In this document: piece after piece, positions 1 through 11,865 of the stretch
Layout of the letters: each line of letters begins with the position of its first letter
How positions within the stretch are numbered: the first letter of the stretch is position 1
Source: Camelus ferus
Taxonomy: Eukaryota
Reading direction: 5' to 3'
Length of the DNA: 64,000 nucleotides
Assembly: GCF_009834535.1 (NCBI RefSeq)
Contig: NC_045696.1
Coordinates: forward strand, 109,990,001 to 110,054,000
Position numbers and translations under genes: made by a program
Notes under the pieces: model-generated
Database searches by the model: none
What the model saw: the letters and a program-made list of their open reading frames with translations, nothing else
Told to the model about the DNA's origin: nothing

Positions 1-1164
1 AAAAACACAGGTGTGACCTGGTCAGCATAGAAAGCATGAGTTAGAACCCAATCAACAAAGCAAGCTCCATTCTCTAGAAAAGGCTCACTTTAGCAGGAAG
101 GCACAGTTCTGTATTTCATTTTAGCAAAAGCAACAAAACAAAGCAACAATCCTATGTCCAGCAACAACAACAAAAACTTTTTAAAAAAGGAAAAACCCAA
201 GTTATACTCTGTCTGATCAGATGCTTTCCTGTAAAACCAGATGGTTTTATTGCCCAAGATTCTCACCTATGTCATTCTGGAGAAGGACGTTTCCAAGAGA
301 GCTAACTATAACCCACATGTTACAAACAACATACTCTTTCTTTGTTTCTCTGTGCCCCTCACCCCCTCTCATATTCTCACACACACATACACAACTTGAA
401 TATTGTTCCTCTCTGCTCAATCTTTCCCTGTGGAGACTCTAGATTTAGCTTCCTCCCACCTCTCTGCCTCCCCCGTGGAGTCTCTTGGCTGCAGCCACTC
501 TCCATAGCAACATGGAAGGCTCACATCCAGCACGGCTGGCCAATGCACTGCAGGCTTCTGCACGGGAAGCAGAACTAGCAAAGAGAAAGCTTCTCATCAA
601 AAGGCGACTTACTTATTTTTAAAAAGTTGTTTTCGCAAAAGGAATTGTGTATACCCAGCACATTTCAGGGTAGGTAAATAGCTACCTACAGTGTGATGGT
701 GTTTATGTATCTGTATGTCTGTATTTATCTGTATATCTGTACGATGGTATTGATGACATTTTTAATGTTCCTCTTCCTCCTTCACATCATTGTGAGTTTC
801 TTTTCAAAAGCAAAACTGCCAGATACAATGGATGAAAAGACAGGGAAACTCCTTGGAGGACCTACATCTTTCCCAGCATCCAGTTCCTTTTTCTGGGGAA
901 TTTTAATCCTCTTTCTGTGGAGAGGATGTAAGGACACACTGCCCTCTAACCTTCCCCCAGGAAACCCTGGTCACAGCCTGGACGCATGTTTATTAGCAAG
1001 TAACCACCCCCTCCCAGGTCGTTCTGAGGTGGGTGCGCCTGTGTGTGCTGTTCTGGGAGGAGCTGAGCACAGGGCCCTGGGCCTTCACTTCGTGTGCCTG
1101 AGAGCTGTCATAAGAATTATGTGAACTTTTTCTTTGCCTTAAAAGAAAACAATAAATAAAAATT

Positions 1165-1355
1165 AGGCTACTATATATATAAAAACAGATAAAAAACAAA
1201 TTTCTTCTGTATAGCACAGGGAAATATATTCAATATCTTGTAATAACCTTTAATGAAAATGAATATGTGTATATATATGTATGCATGACTGGGACATTGT
1301 GGTGTACACCAGAAATTGACACATTGTAATTGACTACGCTTAAATTTTAAAAAAT
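1165..1355 (+). mobile_element. L1 3' UTR fragment (5'-truncated)
   Basis: CTGTATAGCACAGGGAAATATATTCAATATCTTGTAATAACC...GTACACCAGAAATTGACACATTGTAA then A-rich end; same text as the L1 3' ends at 32455 and 53657. Confidence 0.9.
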
Positions 1356-2809
1356 GAGGCTAACCAAGTAAAGGGAAGGGTAAGTAAAACCTCCCGCCAT
1401 GGCTTTCCCATGTGATTAGCAAAGCAGCCCAGAGTTGAAACGCAGGGTAAGGAGTGATTGGAGGCTGGGTGTCCTCCACTTCCAGGATTTCCCTCCTCTT
1501 TTCCGTTTGGGCTTTTCTGTGAGGCCTCACGATCCTGTCTGCAGAGACAAGACCCAGAAAAGCTCTGCCAGTCACTGCCAGGCTGTCACAGGCTCCAGGC
1601 ATTGATGTAGCAATGTGTCACCTGCTTAGAGAACAGTATTTATCTTTCTCAGCAAAGAGCCCCAACTTCATTTCCCAGATTCCTTCTCTGATTTTAGTGA
1701 CATGGACCTGGAAAATGTTCCAAGGCATCAGGCCACAGTGGCTAATTTTTTTTTTTAAAGGAGATGCCTTCCTTCCCCTCATATTCCCCCCATTATACAC
1801 ACAACATTGCTGGATTGAACACAGGAATGGGGGTTTTCACCAAATACTAGTGTTGACACAACACTCCAAGATGCTCTCACTTGATAATTTCCCCAACACT
1901 TCTTTACCACCTACTATACTCCAGACACCATACTAGATTATGAACATGGTTAAGAGAGTCCTGACACTCTTAGGCAGCTCAAGGTGGGGTAGTGGGTGGG
2001 GGACATACATACAGATAAATAAATAAACACCATCACACTGTGCTAAGGGTTAAACAGAATCATAGGCTTAACACAGTGAGACTGAAATGGGAGATGTGAG
2101 ACCTCTGAACACTTCCCTCCTTTATTCCTTCCTCCTACCCCCAATTATTTGGGGGACCTGTGGCACAGAGGTTCAGAAAGTATTGTTCAGGGTTCAGGCC
2201 AATTTGCACTTAGCCTGCTACAAACCTGGAGAATAAAGTAAAACTCATCCTGGTTTCCTGTCTACTTCTCTGAGAGAGTGGCCTGACTCCGGGCAGCAGG
2301 AGGGGAGGGGGATAGGATGGGGTTAGGAAAAACCCACCTCTGTTCTTGGCTAAATGCCTGTAACACTGTTCTCACCTGCCTGGGCAGAAACAACAAGCAC
2401 CCCCTGCTTCTCACAGGGTGATGGTGGGAAGACACCCGCTGACCCAGGCTGGGGGCTTCAGACATAAGCAGGTCAGTGAGCCCTCACACAGTTGTGTTAA
2501 TTGTAGAAAAAGGAAAAAAGGGTCAAATTATAGGGAGTGTCACTGATCACCACCAGATTTTTAATTACAGGTGACAAGCTTTGAGTTCTTCCCTTGTGGT
2601 CAGGGAGTCATGGCGTGATCTTACACTCCGGAACAAATGATTAATCCCCTATTATATACACACCACTGTCAGAAATGGCTCCGTCTGACCTCATGATGTG
2701 AGGTTCCAAAATGCAAAATGGTATCGTTCCCTGTTTAAGGAAGCACACATCTAACTTTAATTCTGAATGTGGTTACAACCTCCCCTTGGATATCAGCATT
2801 CTTAGCTGC

Positions 2810-3000
2810 CAACTAGAGACACTGGCATGAGATCAGTGAGATTAATGAAACTAAACAGAAAACCCCTAAAAGATGAAAAATTAGCCTACAAAGGTGGTAT
2901 TGGGAAAGAAGAAAAAGGAGTTTACAATAAGTGGTACTGAGACAACCAGTTAAGCACTTAGGAGAGAACTGATGTCTACACGTACTTCACACCGTACACT
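2810..3000 (+). mobile_element. Old, degraded L1 ORF2 fragment
   Basis: A-rich, resembles ORF2 'WYWH...FNKWCW...LTPYT' coding region (TTTACAATAAGTGGTACTGAGACAAC, CTTCACACCGTACAC). Confidence 0.5.
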
Positions 3001-3096
3001 TAAGCCTGCCTGCCCTCTGCCTTCCCTGCTCCCTTCACTGACCCTCACTGCTCTTCTTTGCCCCTTGCTTGTCCTAACAGACTTCAGAATCATTTT

Positions 3097-3424
3097 CTAA
3101 AATTTTGTTTTTTATTTAAGTGTAGTTGATTTACAATGTTAGTTTCAGGTATATAGAGAAGCGATTCAGTTATACAGCTACAAATAAATAGATTTTTTTT
3201 TAGATTCTTTTCTATTATATGTTATTACAAGATATTGAATATAGTTCCCTCTGCTATAGAGTAGGTCTTTATTGTTTATTTATTTTATATATAGTAATGG
3301 GTGTCTATTAATCCTAAACTCCTAATTTATCCCTCCCCCTCCCTTTCCCCTTTGGTAATCATAGTTTGTTTTCTATATCTGTGAGTCTGTTTTTGGTTTG
3401 TAAATAAGATTTGTATCATTTCTT
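3097..3424 (-). mobile_element. L1 3' end with 11-bp TSD
   Basis: Antisense L1 3' UTR (TAGTTGATTTACAATGTTAGTTTCAGGT...); TSD AGAATCATTTT at 3086-3096 and 3425-3435. Confidence 0.9.
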
Positions 3425-4319
3425 AGAATCATTTTGACCTCCCCTACAAACACATCTCCAGAAATGGGCCTTGCCTCTAACCTTTCCTTTCAGAAGGTCA
3501 GACCCTTGCCCCTGAGCCTCTATGGCCTTGAACTTGAGATGAAGTAACAAGACCGTTAAGGGGCAGAGAAGATGCTCCGCCAGAGTAAATGCTCATCTGG
3601 ACCACACTGACCTTGACACCGCTTTGGAGAGGCAGCACCTCTTTAAACACTTCAAATGTAGCATCAGCCCTCGGAGACACTTGCCCAGAGGACATCTATC
3701 ACTATTTAAGATTCACTGGCATCAATATGAACATGCAGAGCTGACTGTGACCTGAGGCTAGCCTGGGGGACATCAGTCCTAACATGCAGCCAGGCCCACG
3801 GCTGGCCGCCTTTATTGGCCCATTTGGATACTAGCATTTTCACGCTTCTGTCTTCATAATAACCTTGTTACCATGATGCCCAGGCTAGGGACCTGAACCT
3901 ACCAACAAGAAATTTTAACATGGTCTCAAAATGTGATTTCCTCCAAAGAAGGCCTGGTGCTCTGACAGTATCAGTTGGAGTCATTCTTCCTCTTGACTCC
4001 TGGCAGTAGTCTGAATCATGCATCATGAAAACAAATTCCTTTCTCTGGATGACTGGCATTTTTCTCCCAAGCAGGGACACTGACAGCCCCTTCAGCGGCT
4101 TTGCACAAAATAGACAAAGGCACGCTTCTTCTGGGCAAACAGCCCCACGCTCAGGTCGCAGCTTGAGGAATCTAGCCAGTCAGCCCCTGTGCAGTGAAAA
4201 ACCTGTGCAACCGTACCTGGTGACCCTGCTGCTGAGACACCCACATTGCAGAGAAACATCCACTTACACTCGTTCATTCACCGAGCATCAGGAGGGCACT
4301 TGAAGGCAGTGGGAAACTT

Positions 4320-4520
4320 ACCAGTCCTGAGCCCCAACTATAAGCTGGGCATTGAATGTCTTCTTTCATTAAGTCCCCTTAGTGGGCATTATTATTGCTG
4401 TATCACAGATAAGGAGGTTAAAATACTTGCCAAAGTCTCCGTGGTAGGTAAGCGATAGATACAGAATTTAAACCCAGGACTCTCTAAACCCCAAGGCCAT
4501 GTTCTTCCCACCTCACTGCC
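4320..4520 (-). mobile_element. MIR SINE
   Basis: MIR core-like ACAGATAAGGAGGTTAA...TTGCCAAAGTC...GAATTTAAACCCAGGACTCTCT. Confidence 0.7.
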
Positions 4521-5094
4521 CTGGGAACACAAAGAAGCACAAGGTAAGTTCCTTCCCTCAGGGGGTGCAGTCCAATGGTGGGGGAGAGAGAAAATGTCAG
4601 TCACTCCCTCTCTAGGGACCACTCCTCCCCCTGATCCACTGCCGGGTCTTAGCTGACTGGTGCACTGGGGAGCCCAGATTCTTGGGAGGGATTTTCAGGG
4701 TTTATGTGGTTCTATTATGCTTAATGCTATTCCATTCGGTCACTACGACTCCTCAAGGCTCAGCAAGGTGAAGGGCTTTGCTCAAGATGATGCAGCAACT
4801 AAAGGGTAAGGCTAGACTTCTTTTCATTAGATCACATTACCTCCTGGTTCCTTGGGTGAGGTGGTCCATGTGGCTAATTGTATACAAGCCTGGGACAGGA
4901 GGGTCTACCACGGGCAGGAAGTCCAACATTGAGCCACCTCTATAAACCCAGGCAGCGCCAGACAAGGCAGATGTGTTCTGATCATTAGCCGTGGCTTTTG
5001 CCTCTAGTCTAATGGAGGAGCCTGCGAGCCTAAGAAAGTGGCAGGTGGTCAGTGCAACCAGTCCTACATTCACCACGGCAGGGGTGTTTGCTTT

Positions 5095-5735
5095 GGTTTT
5101 ATTTTTTATTGTGGAAAATTTTAAGCATATACACAACTGAAGAGAACAGTATAATAAACTGCTACAATGGTGACCAACACATGGCCAGTCTTGCTTATTT
5201 AAACCCCTCCAATGCATTCTCCTACACTTGATCCCAGACACCAGATCATTTCCTCTGGAAATATGTAAATATGCACTTCTAAAACCACTCTTTTAAAAAC
5301 AGCCACAATATTATTATCACACCTGAAAAAAATAAAAATAATTCTTTAAGATTATCAAATATCCTGTTAGTATTCAAATTCCTGAAGGTATGTCATCAAC
5401 TTCATTTTGTATTTTTATTTTATTTTATGTTATTTTTAAAATATTCTTTTAACGGAGGTACTGGGGATTGAACCCAGGACCTCGTGCATGCTAAGCAGGC
5501 ACTCTACCATTGAGCTATACCCTCCCCCTGCCCAATATATCATTAATTTAAAATAGTTTGTACGAATCGGGATCCAAATAAGGTCCAGACAATGCAACTG
5601 GTTGTCTCTTAAGTCACTTTTAATCTATAGGTTATTTCTCACTCTCTTTTTCTTGTAATTTATTTGCTGAATAAATCAGGTAATTTGTCCTGCATAGTGT
5701 TCCACATTCTGGATTTTGCTGAGTGCATCTACATC
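5095..5735 (-). mobile_element. Old L1M (L1MC/ME-type) 3' end, interrupted by a SINE
   Basis: TTTTATTGTGGAAAATTTTAAGCATATAC...TCAAATATCC...GGATCCAAATAAGGTCC...TTCCACATTCTGGATTTTGCTG, typical antisense L1MC/ME 3' text. Confidence 0.75.
5405..5528 (-). mobile_element. tRNA-derived SINE (vic-1-like, camelid), short form
   Basis: Antisense head GGAGGTACTGGGGATTGAACCCAGGACCTCGTGCATGCTAAGC...TGAGCTATACCCTCCCC with A/B boxes; T-rich tail; lacks the CCTAATTACC segment. Confidence 0.9.
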
Positions 5736-5744
5736 TGGGAAATA

Positions 5745-5900
5745 TTTATTTTTTAATTTGTCTTTTTATTTATTTATTTTTGTTGGTGGGGAGTAATTAG
5801 GTTTATTCATTTATTTATTTTTATTGGAAATACTGGGGATCGAACCCAGGACCTTGTGCATGCCCTAGCATATACCCTACCACTGAGCTATACCCTTCCC
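5745..5900 (-). mobile_element. tRNA-derived SINE (vic-1-like)
   Basis: Same head, plus GTAATTAGGTTTATT segment and T-rich tail. Confidence 0.9.
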
Positions 5901-5949
5901 CTACCCTGATTTTTAGGGTAAAGAATGAGGCACTTACAAGAACGTGGCC

Positions 5950-6090
5950 AGGTGTAGTGAAAGATTAGAGATTCTGGATCAGAGAGATCTGAATTTAAAT
6001 CCTCAAACTGCAACTAACTATAAATTTAAGCAAGCTCTTAATCTTTATTTTCCATTTTTCTAACTTACAAAATGGGGTTGAAGAATGACA
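5950..6090 (+). mobile_element. MIR SINE
   Basis: TGTAGTGAAAGA...TCTGGATCAGAGAGATCTGAATTTAAATCC...TACAAAATGGGG. Confidence 0.65.
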
Positions 6091-6110
6091 GGCCCTAATA
6101 GGTGGTGAAT

Positions 6111-6240
6111 TTTTTGGTGGGGGGCAGAGTAATTAGATTTATTTTCTTATTTTTAATGGAGGTACTGGGGATTGAACCCAGGACCTCATGCATGCTAGGC
6201 ATGCACTCTACCACTGAGCTATAAACCCCACCCCTCCCCC
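6111..6240 (-). mobile_element. tRNA-derived SINE (vic-1-like)
   Basis: Full head; TSD GTGGTGAAT at 6102-6110 and 6243-6251. Confidence 0.92.
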
Positions 6241-6401
6241 AAGTGGTGAATGTTTAAGAAAAAGAGGTTGAAGAGGCAACCTGGACAAATATGTAATATC
6301 CTCAAGATGTAAAACATTTATCCCCATTTCTCCTTCCCACCCGCCAGCACGGGAGTGGGAGGTGACTTCTGGGAGCGCTCACCTGAGGCAGAAGCCTCCC
6401 T

Positions 6402-6419
6402 CTGCGCCACCTAGGGCTT
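6402..6419 (-). promoter_or_regulatory. Candidate CTCF site
   Basis: Minus strand GCCCTAGGTGGCGCAG resembles CTCF core CCACYAGRKGGCRC; outside recognisable repeats. Confidence 0.4.
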
Positions 6420-6739
6420 TGCTTCCCTGGCACGAAGAAACACTACTTGGTGAATCACTCTGCAAGTTTGAAATTCAATCTGTTTCTTAATTTCCCTTGT
6501 GTCATATATCAGAGTACCACCATCGCCCAGAGCTGTGAGAGCTTGCTTATGAAAAAGATCACAAAAATCACAGTCTAAGTCTCCAACTATCAGTGGGGAA
6601 ATGGCAATCCAGAGAGTGAGGTGTGTGGCTGGAGCCTCCTGCCTTCTGCCTGGAAACCATTTCTATCCCCGAATTAGGGCCTCTGGCACATTTCTCCCCT
6701 TTCCAAGCAGAAGCACCATCCTTCAACACATCTACTCAC

Positions 6740-6930
6740 CTTTTTGGCTTTAGATTTCTTCATTGCATGTATCCCCGTCTAACACACCGTATATTTTGCT
6801 TATTTATTCCTGTTTCTTAGTCTTTCCCTACTAGAATGTTAGCTTTGTCAGGGCAGGGACTTGGACTGTTTGGTTGCTTCTGTGTCCCCAACTCCTAGAA
6901 TGGTGTCACTCAATTCACATCTGCTGGATT
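6740..6930 (+). mobile_element. L2 3' end
   Basis: CCCTACTAGAATGTTAGCTT...GGGCAGGGACTTG...CCTAGAATGGTG...CTCAAT. Confidence 0.7.
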
Positions 6931-9129
6931 GAGCTATGTTGAAAAAAGCCTTTTCAGTTGCTATTTGGGAGCATCCACACCAAATATCTCTAGCCAAGAC
7001 AACATGAAAGTTACAAGCAATTACTATTTGTTAATGTTCTTCAGGTTTCTATTCTGCTTTTTCTCCAAATTTGGTTTGGTGTTTATGTTTCTGCCTATAA
7101 TTTATGTTCTGTTTCCAATCTCTTACTCACTAAGCCATCTGGGCAATTTGTAAATCCATTTACCCACAACTTGGAGAATCTTGTTTCTTATGAAAATCAT
7201 ATTATTGATACCTGCCAAGATCTTCAAGATTTGGCCAAAATCTTATTTTTCCTCCCTTTGAGATAATGTTTATTGCTTCCTTAGTGAAGGTGGTAAAAGT
7301 TTGGCATTTTTACCAAGAGCCCATCAAGCATCTAGTGTCAAGGGAGTGGCATGCATCTTTTTTTAAGGCATCATAGTACTACGGTAACAGCAATGCATGT
7401 ATTCTTTGAAATACAAATCCCTTTCAATTTCCCTGTCATCAGATTTAGATGGACAATAATACAGCTACGGAAACACAGAGAATGTTTGTCAGCTCACTAG
7501 CCTGGAATGCTTTTCAGTCACTCAGAGTTACACAGTTGCAGTTCATCTTTGAATCCATCCTCACTTTGACAAGCTCCAAAGAGTTTACAAGCCATCCCAT
7601 CCGGGCCACACTGGCATTTTCAGTGGCGCTGCTCTCCCAGCCTATGGTGAGAGAGGCTGCTGTGGGTCCCCTTCCCACACAGAACCTTCTCCCCTCCTCA
7701 ACTTGATCCCTGGGGGCCTTGGCGCCCTGGGCTGTCCTCTGGTTCCGTGTCCAGCTTTTCGCGCTCTGTCTATAACCACTCACTTGGACAGCCTTCTGCC
7801 TCTTTGATTCGGCCCTTCCCCCAAACCCTGTTTTTCAGCTTGCCCCCTGGCCTTGCATACTGTAAAATGGAGGGCCAAACATACCCACCTTACTTCTGAC
7901 TCGGGTCCCTGGGGACGTGCCAGCTGGGACCTGTTTGGACAAGAGGAGGAATCTGACACTTCGGCTCATTTTCAAATCATTCCAGAGATACCGGTAAGAG
8001 ACAGGATTTGGCTACATCTCTTTATCCAAAAAGAAAAGATATTCACTCATATTGTAATACTCCCGACCTCTCCTCATAATGACAAGTCCTCAGCGTCTAA
8101 GCTTCAGACCTCTCGAATTAAGTTAGCAGGCATAACGCGGTTCAGGGCGCAGCAGTCTTCAACAGGATGGAAACCTAGGACCACACAGCTCCCTTAGTGA
8201 TGATGCCAGAGACGCAGGTTCTGCAGTCTATACCTTTACAAAGGGGCCCAGTGGAGACTGATTTTCTTTTAAAGAGATCTAAAGAGATTGCTTTCTTCAG
8301 TTTCCACTGTAAAATACAGTCATAATTCGGAGGATACCTATAGAAAGAAGCAGTACCAACCTGAATCCCCACAATGTCAAGTTGCAAAAGGAATCATTCA
8401 ACCCTTTGGTACATTTCTTCCAGTCTTCTTCTTCTTCTTTTTTTTGGGGGAAGAATATGAGAAGTATAGTTCTTTTCTATTTTTTAAGTCCTTTTCTCCT
8501 CTCTCCCAAATATGCATTTACTTTTATTCTTTCCATTTCACATGATTAATGGAATTACTAATGGGACAGGGCCTCCAGGACAGCTGATTACTGGAAGCAG
8601 TGTTTGTCTTCTTATCAGCCCCTCCTCTCTTTCTGTCATCCGTGTGAGTTTCGGGACAGTTTTGTCATCAGTGTGAGCTGCAGGGCTTTAAGCTGTCCCT
8701 GGATCTCCGTAGTAGGGTGGGCTGCTCTCCGAGCAGGTGCTTGCTAAAGCTGCAGAGTATGTGTGTACGCTTTTTATCTCTCTTCATAACCGGATGACAC
8801 GTGCTCACTTAATTATGCATTCTGCTTTTTTCTTTCCATGTTAATGCGTAATGCAAAAATGAAAGTGATTTTGCAAACAAGTGCTTCTGTGGTGTCCACT
8901 GTCAAAGTTGAGTCAGATTTAATTTTCATTCCCTAAAGATCTGAAGTTACAAAATCCTCTCAGATATTTCCTTGATCTTTACTTCTGAGAGAGGCTTAAC
9001 TCTCTACATTTGCTATGGCCACTGTGACTGTTGGACTTGGTAGAGCCAGCACATCAGGGAGATTTCCTGCTGGGGTTGCTGGGTTCCGGGAGGGGCTGCG
9101 GTGGGGGGAGGGGGCTGGTTGTATTGCTC

Positions 9130-9310
9130 CTGCCCACATCACTTGATCCATACTATCTCACTTTGTTCCCACGACCACGTATGAGCAGGGAATCACTGTT
9201 ATCTCCACGTTGCACGTAAGGAAACTGAGACACAGCAAGGTTAGATAAGTTTAAGATTATACCGTCAGGAGATGGTGATGCCAAGATTTACACCAAGGCA
9301 TTTGTGTAAA
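9130..9310 (-). mobile_element. MIR SINE
   Basis: TTGCACGTAAGGAAACTGAGACACAGCAAGGTTAGATAA core. Confidence 0.7.
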
Positions 9311-10409
9311 TATCCTCAAAGGGGATATTTCCAATAGTGCTTTGAAAGGGCAAAGGGCTAAGCAAATTAGATGGTCATTGTCACTGTTATTTCTCTCCGA
9401 GAGATATATCAGCAGTAATAAGCTTTGGGGTTGGGCTGAGCCATTTCAGATCCTAAGTTGATGCTACCTGTCCTGGCTCCACAGACTTTTAGGCAATGTC
9501 TAATCCATCCACTAATCACCAGATGGATTCCATGCTACAAAACACTGGCCCTTGACCTCTGTGTGAGCAGGTAGAGAAACGGCTTTAGTGTGCTGGTTAC
9601 AGCTCTTCTGTGCTTAGATCTTCAGATGCAAAAGTGACTTGGATTATGAAGGTTCTCTGTGAAGACTACCTGTACAACAAAAGCAAGCATGTTCCTAGGA
9701 GAACATGCTTCAGTTTGAGCATTGGAAATGAGTCTAGAAAATGAGTTCCATCACTGAAATCACAGCTAATAATCTGAAAGTGCTTTTGAAGGCAACTGAG
9801 CCTCCTATTTGGCTATGCCTTCAATTAGCATCGACATAATTTAATAACAAAGCTGTCATCCTCTCCTAGTAACTGGATGCAGAGATAATGATGAAGAGGT
9901 GGCACAGGTTTTTACTTTCCCAAGCTATTAAAAAATGTTTTTTTCTCCAAGTATTATGCTTTCCAATAAATTCTGAGCCATTTCTTTTCTTTTGAGCTGT
10001 TCGTTTACCTTGAGTTGATGGAATAGGAAAAAAAAAAAAGACCCTTAAAAATCCCTACAGGAACACAGCTCCATCCATTTATTCATGAACAGGCATGGCA
10101 GGGATCAAATCAGGGAAGTTTTTGCCTGGAGATATTAATAGAACAGCGGAAAGGAGTTAATCTTGTATTAGATTACAGTGGATAAGAAAACTGTCATCCA
10201 TTTGGTAGCAGCTTTCTCTAATTCTAATCATCCATGCATTAGTGAAAAGCCTTAAATACACATTAAAAAGGTCTTCGGGCTTTAATGCCATTATTAATGC
10301 TCTCTTCACAGGGGGTAGCAATTACTTGTAGCACTGCCAGGAGAGGAGCACCTTTTTTCCCCACTAGAGAAAAATCCAAAATGCTGGTCCAAAAATAAAT
10401 CAGAGGACT

Positions 10410-11360
10410 TACTAAATGTAAGGGGAAAATGGTAGTTAAATAGTGGAGAAACTGGACACCACCTTGATTAGCTGATGAAAATTAGTATCAGTGAGGAGCA
10501 GCTGGACCCTGTAGAAGGCCACACCATCACCTAAGTGGTATTCCTACTTGAAAAGCACAGCATGAAGGGAATCAGGAGGAAGCTTCAGACAAAGAAAAAG
10601 CGAAGCACATCTACTTTAAGGCGTACTTTAAAATAATGTTAAAAATTATATTCAAAACTATGAATATGTATGTATTGTCTAATGTTTTTTGAAAGTGTAT
10701 TTTCAAAACTTCCAATATTATAATATAAAAGGCAAAGAAAGGCTGAGGAAGTGTTCCAGATTAAGGAGATGTGACAACTACAAATGAATCATGTGCTTCT
10801 AGACTGGATCCTGTTCAGGAGGAAAACATGCTATGAAGCACGTTCCAATGGGCGAAATTGGAATATAGGTAATTGACGGTCAGAGGAAAGCGTATCTAGG
10901 GAAGCTGGTAACTGTACTGTGGTTATGTAAGAGAATGTCGTCCTTAGGAAATGCACACTGAAGTCCTTAGGGGTAAAGGGCATGATACATGCAACTTATC
11001 CTCAAATGGTTTGCAGATAATTACATATATAGATTCAGAGAGAGAATAATAAAGCAAATGGGCAAACTGTCAACATTTAGTGAATCTGAATAACGGGTAT
11101 ATGTGTTTTCTTTGTACTATCCTTACAAAATTTTCTTTCTCTTTAACTTTTTTTTATTTTTAGTGGGGGAGGTAATTAGGTTTGTTTGTTTGTTTGTTTA
11201 TTTATTTGTTCATTCATTCATTCATTCTTAGAGACGGCACAAGGGATTGAACCCAGGACGTCATGCATGCTAAGCATGCACTCTACCACTTGAGCTACAC
11301 CTTCCCCCTGCACAAAATTTTCTTGACGTTTGAATTTACTTACAAATAAAAAGCTGTTTT
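10410..11360 (+). mobile_element. Old L1M (L1MC4/MD-type) 3' region, interrupted by a SINE
   Basis: AGGCTGAGGAAGTGTTCCAGATTAAGGAGA...ACTGGATCCTG...GGTTATGTAAGAGAATGTC...GGAAATGCACACTGAAG. Confidence 0.8.
11138..11310 (-). mobile_element. tRNA-derived SINE (vic-1-like)
   Basis: Full head; (GTTT)n/(CATT)n middle; TSD ACAAAATTTTCTT at 11125-11137 and 11312-11324. Confidence 0.93.
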
Positions 11361-11364
11361 AAAG

Positions 11365-11865
11365 CTACTCAATTATGTCAAGATGTCAATTCTCCCAAAA
11401 CTCATCTGTACATTTCATGTAAATCCTATCAAAATCTTAGTAGGATTTTAGTAGAAATTAACAAACTCATACTAATATTTATATGGAAATGCAAAGGACT
11501 TAAAATAGCCAAAACAATCTGGAAAAAAGAACAATGTTAGAGGACTAACACCACCTGATTTCAAAACTTACTATAAAGTCACAGTAATTAAGACAATGTG
11601 GTACTGGCACATGGATAGGCATATAAATCAATGCAACATAAGTTAGAGTTTAGAAATAAGTCTTTTTATTTATGGTTAATTGATTTTTGGTAAAGATGTC
11701 AGGACAATTCAACAGGGTTGGGGCAAAGAGTATTTTCAACAAATGATGCCGAGACAACTGGATAGCCTCATGCAAAAACAATGAACTTAGATCCTTATCT
11801 CACATTACACAAAAAAATTAACTGAACATGGCATATAAATTTAAGAGTTAAAACTGTAATATTTT
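11365..11865 (+). mobile_element. L1 ORF2 fragment (post-RT region), degraded
   Basis: Encodes remnants such as [34 protein letters not shown] with frameshifts and stops. Confidence 0.88.

Noticed and set aside
693..1124. 143-aa ORF with hydrophobic N-terminus (membrane protein-like)
   Set aside because: The hydrophobicity comes from low-complexity TGTAT/TTC DNA; no family resemblance.
5455..5528. tRNA genes (here and at the other 11 SINE heads)
   Set aside because: A/B boxes are present, but the copies have A-rich tails, TSDs and mutual divergence, so they are SINEs rather than tRNA genes.
8197..8261. C/D box snoRNA-like GTGATGA...CTGA
   Set aside because: No terminal stem, no C'/D' boxes, and no recognisable rRNA guide.
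8301..8408. 108-nt open, symmetric exon candidate (STVKYSHNSEDTYRKKQYQPESPQ...)
   Set aside because: Weak donor (TTG|GTACAT) and unrecognised peptide.
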